From the NCBI GenBank assembly GCA_017654855.1, contig CM030332.1, forward strand, positions 5,208,001-5,272,000: DNA of 64,000 bases. Reading direction: 5' to 3'. Every line of letters begins with the position of its first letter. Position 1 is the first letter of the stretch. A program made the translations under genes and the position numbers. Positions 57,865 through 64,000 of this stretch are shown here, in pieces. The stretch comes from Podospora anserina. Taxonomy: Eukaryota. The notes under the pieces are model-generated. The model made no database searches and was not told where the DNA came from. It saw nothing but the letters and a program-made list of their open reading frames with translations.

Positions 57865-59523
57865 ATGTCTGGTTATCGTGTTGGTATGTCCTTCTCTTGA
57901 TGGTGCATCTCTTCTTTCCTATCGCATGATGGGTTTTCACCATTGTCAGTCTGCCTTGGTCATACCACATTGCTCACGAGATGCTCTTTTCCAACTTTGA
58001 CATTTTACCTCTTGTCATTTTGGATTTATCAGCAGCCAACCTCGTCGACGTCACTTTCCTTCCACCTCCACTCCACCCCCATCGTATTTAACATGATCTA
58101 ACCCATCCACAGAGAGAGCCACTACCGGCCGTGCCGGGTGCAAAGACCCCGTCTGCAAGAAGGAAAACATCAAGATTGAAAAGGGCCAGCTCCGGTTTGG
58201 AGTCTGGGTGACCATCATGGAGCATGGGAGCTGGGCCTGGCGTCATTGGTATGTCTAATTATATCCACCCCTTTTCTGCTGGAATTGATGTCCTAACGAA
58301 TTCACACAGGGGCTGCGTCTCTGGTGAGACCATCTCCAACTTGCAGGAGTATCTCAGCAAGGACAAGAACGGTGAATACAACTGGGATATGCTTGATGGC
58401 TGGGAGGAGTTGGAGTAAGTTTGACTATTGTCTGGTGGTAATGTGGCGGTTGGGTGTGGAAAACTAATGAAGCATACTAGGGAGTACCCTGATTTGAGGC
58501 AGAAGGTCCAGAGGGTTCTTAACCAGGGACATATCGATGCTGAGGATTTCAATGGCGACCCCGAATTCAACGTTCCTGGACAGAAGGGAATTCGCCCGCG
58601 TCAGCCCCGGAAGAAGAAGAACGCTGAGGAAGAGGTGAGCTGCGCTTTGCCGGGGGTTGATGTTAACCGATGGCTGACCGTGATATAGGAGGGCAATGGA
58701 GCTGAGGCTGCAGAGACTCCTGCCAAGAAGCGTGCTGCTAAGCGTGGCCGCAAGAAGGCTGATGAAGACGAAGCTGAGGCTGAAGCCGAGACCGAGGCTC
58801 CTGTTGCGAAGAAGGCTAAACGTGGTGGCAAGAAGGCTGCTGCTGCTGCTGTTGAGGACGAGGATCAAGTTTTGGCTGATGCTGAGCCGGCTGAGGAGCA
58901 AGAGAAACCCAAGAAGAAGGCTGCTCGTGGCAAGAAGGCTGTTGCTGCTGTTAAGGAAGAGGACGAAGAGGAAGCTGCGCAGCCCAAGAGAAGAGGTGCT
59001 GCTCGTGGCAAGAAGGCGGCGCCTGTTTACAAGGAGGAGGAGGAGGATGAGGAGGAGGAGGAGCAAGACGAGGATGAAATTGTTGAGAAGCCCAAGCGTG
59101 TTGCCCCTGCCAAACGTGGAGCTAAGGGGAAACAGGCGAAGGAGCCTGAGCCGCAAGCTGAGCCAGAGTCCGAGGCGACACCCGAGGAGGACGAGGAGGA
59201 GGTTGTCGAGAAGCCGAAGCGTGCTGCTCCTGCCAAGCGTGGAGCTCGGGGCAAGAAGGCGAAGGATGCCGAGCCTGAGCCTGAGGTTGAGGCCGATGCG
59301 GAGGTTGATGCTGCGCCGGAGGAGGCCGAGGAGGAGGCCGAGGTTGAGGAGAAGGTCGCTCCCAAGAAGCGAGGAGGCCGGAAGCCCAAGGCCAAGGCTG
59401 CCGATGCCGATGGTGAAGCTGCTCCTGCCCCAAAGAAGCGTGGTAGAAAGGCGTAAGTTTTTTTTTTTTTTGCAGGGTGTTGCTTGATGGGGACTGATGC
59501 TAACTGTCAGCAGGGCTGCCTAG
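57865..59523 (+). CDS. hpz1: Stand-alone PARP-type zinc finger protein (Hpz1-like) with Lys/Glu/Ala-rich tail; exons 57865-57883, 58113-58248, 58310-58414, 58481-58634, 58689-59452, 59511 or 59514-59523
   Basis: Spliced N-terminus MSGYRVERATTGRAGCKDPVCKKENIKIEKGQLRFGVWV...WAWRHWGCVS matches zf-PARP. All five introns are GT-AG and keep frame. No catalytic PARP domain. Confidence 0.85.
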
Positions 59524-62438
59524 AGTTGATGTACTCAACACACTTTACCCGTCGTCAACACTTGATATGTTTTTTTTGGCGAGGCAGGTAGTGGACTTTT
59601 CTTGTTGGCACAATTTGCTGGGTTCATTTTTTTTCTTTTTCACGATGAGCTCTTCAATGCGATGATATATGGCTTTGGCCCCTCAGAGGAGGAGCTATGG
59701 TTGCCACTACAGCACCGGCCGCCGGATTTTATTCAAAGCAGGAAGAGCACACAGAATTTGGCGGCGGCATAATACCTGGGTGGGTGTATCATACTGTTTT
59801 TTTTCCTACTTTTTTTCTTGTCAGAGTAACCCATATTTTTCCATAGGAGGAAATACATTGTGATCATCTGTAACTGATTTCATTGTGTGCCGATCTGCCA
59901 TCTGTCATTTTTATCATCACTTGGCCGGGTAGCGGGCTGGGTCAACGATATGTTGACCTGTGCTAGGTGCATGTTCGGGATCTACAGGAACAAAAAAGAA
60001 CAATGTGAAACGAAACAGAAGTGGGACTCTTTTTTCGTTTGAGAGGGGAGGGAATAAGTACACTATGGGTTTCGCTAATCTGAGCGGCGTGGTAGGTTGG
60101 TTGGATTCATGGGCCGAGCCGAAAGGGAGGGGGGATCATTTGTGCCGTAGAAGTATGTGTTGGACTATGTTTACTCTCCTATCATGATGAGGAGGGAAGG
60201 GGGGGCACAGTTCTTTTGAGACAGCCAGTCCGGATCTCAAACTGCATTATATTGATGTGGATTCAATATGGTTTGGTCATGATGGGCGGTTTGAGTGCAT
60301 GATGTTGTGCTTGCTGCTGCTCGATTTCGGAAGTTGGATGATTGATGCCCAAACTACGACGATAAAGTTGATGATCTGAATCGAGATGTTCTCTGAACTT
60401 CCATTTTTGCCCTTTGGGCATCGAGACTAAAGCTCGTGATAATGACATCGGCATTTGTCTGCTCTCGTGTGATGCGAAAATGTCGGTAAGTCTAGTCACG
60501 GCTTGTCTACTAGTGTTAGAATGGACAGGATTTCTGGAAGAATCTCGTTTGCTGCTGAATATGCACTATTGCGTCACCTGTCTTGGAGGTGTGGGTGTGG
60601 GTGAAAGATGTCTTGGATTATACACGAGACTTTTTGGGGTAGGTAGGTGGCGGGGCCGATGGGCGAAGCTACGTGAAACGGGGATTTCTCAAGTTTTTGA
60701 ACAGAAAAAAGTTGGTGTTTTGGACAGGGTGTTAGAGAGATCTGTTATAATGAGTTTGTTATATGAGAATTCGGTGAGAGATGTCGGGTTGATTCGAAGC
60801 AACTGTAAGTATCTGGTGTTGCGGACGAAAGTGAATCGATGATGTATGACCAGGCTTTCGTCCATGGTGGGGTTATCTGCTGGAAAGGAGGGGCTGGGGG
60901 AGAGTGAGGGGCTGCAACGTTTTTTGCTTGCGGCCATCATGATAGTAGTGTAGGTAGCACTGAGATGAACCAATTGTGAGAGAGAACATAGCGCTTCTTC
61001 TAGCCTGTTCGTCTTGTCTCAATTTTTCCCCAGTCATCGGCGTCACCAGGCCAGAGACATCTGATTGTTGGCCCGCATTAGTCCGGCTGGCTGAGTCTGC
61101 CATCCGGTGGGGGTGCTGTCCTGCTGCGACGTCCCTCGTGCCTCTGGAGAAGCTTGTGACGCCTGTGTCACCGACGGGCTTTGGTCTGGGCTGGTTGTGA
61201 CACTTTACCGCACTCCTGCAGAGGGATCTGGTGAGGTTGATGGAGGATTGCGAGGGGAGAGAGGACATCCCATGTTTGAGAAACATCGAGATAAAGCCTA
61301 GTAGACGCAAGAAAACACAGTACATCTGATAGCAGTATACACTGTAATGGCGGGTAAACTGCCTACTAGCGCACAGTGTCAAGACGCCGCAACGGCTCGT
61401 GCCAACGTCTGTGGACCCCACCATAGATTGGGGGTCTTTCAAAGCGTTGGAAAGTCAACAATCAAGACTCTCCCACGGCCTGACCGTCATGCTTCATCAA
61501 ACATCGCCGGTAGTCATGGTATTCATTCCTTACAGACACTATGAATGAGCCCAAAACCAGGCTGATTGTTGGTTACATAAGTTGAAAGGGAATGTAGGCG
61601 CCGATCTAGGCGCACTAGACTAGCTAAGGCGCAGGGAAGCTGTGGGATGACGACGTTGGTTTGAGCCCAAATTAAATCCCGAACAATTGGCTGGCACCGC
61701 CAACCAGGCCAGACCCTGAAACTCGTCGTCAGTCAGGCCCAGCGGCAGGGAAAGCAGTTAATACCCAGAGGCTGGCCAACAGGCCCGCCCGTCTCTGCAA
61801 CGACTGCGACCACTTTCTGTTTCCATTCTCGAAGCATCATCTCAGTTCTTAATACCGGCCCAGGCCCCGTGGGCTTCTTCTCCGGCTTCCCACCACCCTT
61901 CACCTCATCCGTTGCGCACATCATCGACCATTTCCATTTCCCACTGTGAGAAGTAAGACCTAGCCGACCACCAAGCCGAAAAGTGACAAGTGAAGAGGAG
62001 AAAAGGCATAAGCCTGGTTTGTCTGCCAAGTTCACTGGTCAAGATTGGTCACTGCCTGCGTTGGACCCCGCCTTGGCTCGCACTTGGCCACTCTCAGTAC
62101 AGGAGTCCTCCAACCCCCCGGAGCTGACCAACGTCACAGCCTCGAGCAGGCTGAACACCTTTTCCCACCGCACAATCTCCAGGTTTTTCTGCGGAAAGTC
62201 CGGGGACATCCGCAACTTTGGCTCTTTCAAGTTTTCTACACACTCTTGACAGAAGACTAGCTCTTGTTGTGTTTCAAGCCCATCTCACGACCCCGCCTTC
62301 TCAGTCTCTGTGACCCAGCGGTCTTGAGTTCTTCCATCCACCTCCACCCGCCAGGTCAGCATACCCCGCTCCACCGCTAGGCCGGCCAGAAAAGCTCACC
62401 ATCTGCCACAGAAAGAACGCACCAAACACCAAGCAACA

Positions 62439-64000
62439 ATGTCCAGCAGAAGCCGTGTCGAGTTCGACGAGCGCGAGTACGTTCGGGACGCACCTCCTCC
62501 TCGTCGTGCCCCCGTCCGTGAATATGACGACTACCGTGACCCCGCAAGGGTCCCCGCTTTCATGTTGCGGGAGGAGAGGCCAAATCAAGCCGGCCAGTTG
62601 GTGCTCAGGGCAAGAGAGGTCGAGACCATGGAGCGCCAGAGGCCGAGATCTCCCAGCCCGGAGATTCGGATGAGGGAGCGCATTGTTCAGCGGGCCAGAA
62701 GCGTCAGCCCAGGCCCAAGGCGAGTAGAGGAGGATATCCGGATCCGCCAGGTCGAAAGGACACGCGAGCCCAGCCGGGCCCCTTCGGAGAGAATTCGCTA
62801 TGTTGAGAGGCCCCGTTCCCCATCGCCTTCGATCCACGAGCGCATCCGCATCACAGATCGGAGAGAAGAGCGCCGGAGCCCAAGCCCGGCTCCTCCGCCG
62901 CCGCCGCCGCAGCCCCAGGTCATCAAGGGCCCAACTATCGAGAGAGAGGTTATCACACATTACCGCGATATTGACCATGGTGAGTCATCCACTACGGCGG
63001 TCGTCCCAAGCTGAACTGGTTGTACTAACTCATCCTAGGCATGGTTGTAGCCCGCCCGCCGTCGCCTCCTCAGCGTCACGAGCACCGTGATACTGAGATA
63101 GACATTTATACTAATCGCAAGGGTACCACCGAGGTGGACATTCACAAGCACACCCACTCGCACAGCCGTGGCCGGTCTGTAGAGCGGCCCTCCCGTCCCG
63201 TTGTCCACGCCTACGAGGACGACCTGGTGGTCTCCACGAACAAGCACCTCCATGTGGACATTGAGCGTCGCCGGAGCATCTCCCGTGGCCGTCGCGCTCA
63301 CTCGGCCGCACCCCCTGTTATCGACTACGACGACGAAGCTTACGAGATCAAGTCCCGGATCGATGCGCGCGGCAAGATGGGCGAGGCCTGGAACGGCATC
63401 ACCAAGGATTGGACCATCGTTGATGTGCCTCCCGGAACCGAGCGTGTGCGCATGGATGGTGCCGGTGGCGCCTCTGCTGAGGTGACATGGCAAAAGTACA
63501 GCGGTGTTCGCCGGGCCAAGTTCATCCCTGACCGTGACGAGAAGAGCGTTGTTTCCGAGACCTCCACCACTATCTCGGACGCCCGTGACCGCAACCGTGA
63601 CCGCGACATTGAGCGGGAGAGGCGGTTGAGTGTGCAGATCATTGACAAGGACCGCCGGGATCGTGACGATTATGAGAAGATTACCGATCGCCGTCTCACC
63701 ATTTCCAAGTCGAGGACGAACTCTCCTGCGCCGCCTCCCCCCCAGCAGCGTCGCAGTGAGACCTGGACTGAGATCACCAAGGACTTGGTCTGCCGTGAGG
63801 CTATTCAGGAGATGGGCTATGAGTATGAGGAGACCGAGTACTTTTACTACATTATCGACTTTTTGGCTCACGTAAGTTCACGCTCACCTTTTCTACATGC
63901 TGCCGATAGATTACTAACGCCCTAAACAGGAGGAGGTTGTCCGTCTTGTGAACCTCTCGGACCGCATCCGCCAATCCCGCAAGGACCGCGCCAGAGAGAT
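62439..64000 (+). CDS. Conserved fungal Arg/Glu/Pro-rich protein, 5' part; exons 62439-62979, 63039-63871, 63930->64000
   Basis: Two GT-AG introns with CTAAC branch sites join the ORFs. Blocks WTIVDVPPGTERVRMDGAGGASAEVTWQKYSGVRRAKF and WTEITKDLVCREAIQEMGYEYEETEYFYYI, which I recall from a Pezizomycotina domain of unknown function. Confidence 0.8.

Noticed and set aside
58696..59487. 263-aa Arg/Leu-rich alternative-frame ORF
   Set aside because: By-product of repetitive GAG/AAG/GCT codons in the zf-PARP protein tail.

Overview
Eukaryotic, intron-containing DNA from a filamentous ascomycete. Protein identities, short GT-AG introns with CTRAC branch sites and codon style suggest a Sordariomycete, possibly Podospora-like (inference). 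I resolved 16 spliced or single-exon protein genes by hand: an Est1/SMG-like protein (partial), EMC1, an LRR protein, a tandem zinc-ribbon protein, a divergent cytosolic-type AspRS, a Gemin2/Brr1-like protein, an Spd1/Dif1-family RNR inhibitor, RPS27, PLP2, KOG1/Raptor, KEL1/Tea1, Mpv17/PMP22, YIF1, SRP101, MEC1/ATR and an Hpz1-like zf-PARP protein, plus the 5' part of a conserved Arg/Glu-rich fungal protein (17 in total). About 10 kb (0.9-10.7 kb) holds no recognisable gene. I recognised no tRNA, rRNA, CRISPR array or intact transposon. The most unusual signals are two related 21-bp minisatellite arrays bracketing the LRR gene (they read like RIP-mutated heptad coding repeats), the LRR1/LRRC58-like BC-box architecture of that LRR protein, a 22-bp stem in RPS27 intron 1, an MVARRR uORF before KOG1, and an orphan protein with topoisomerase-type zinc ribbons. 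Family assignments come from recalled motifs, not database searches.
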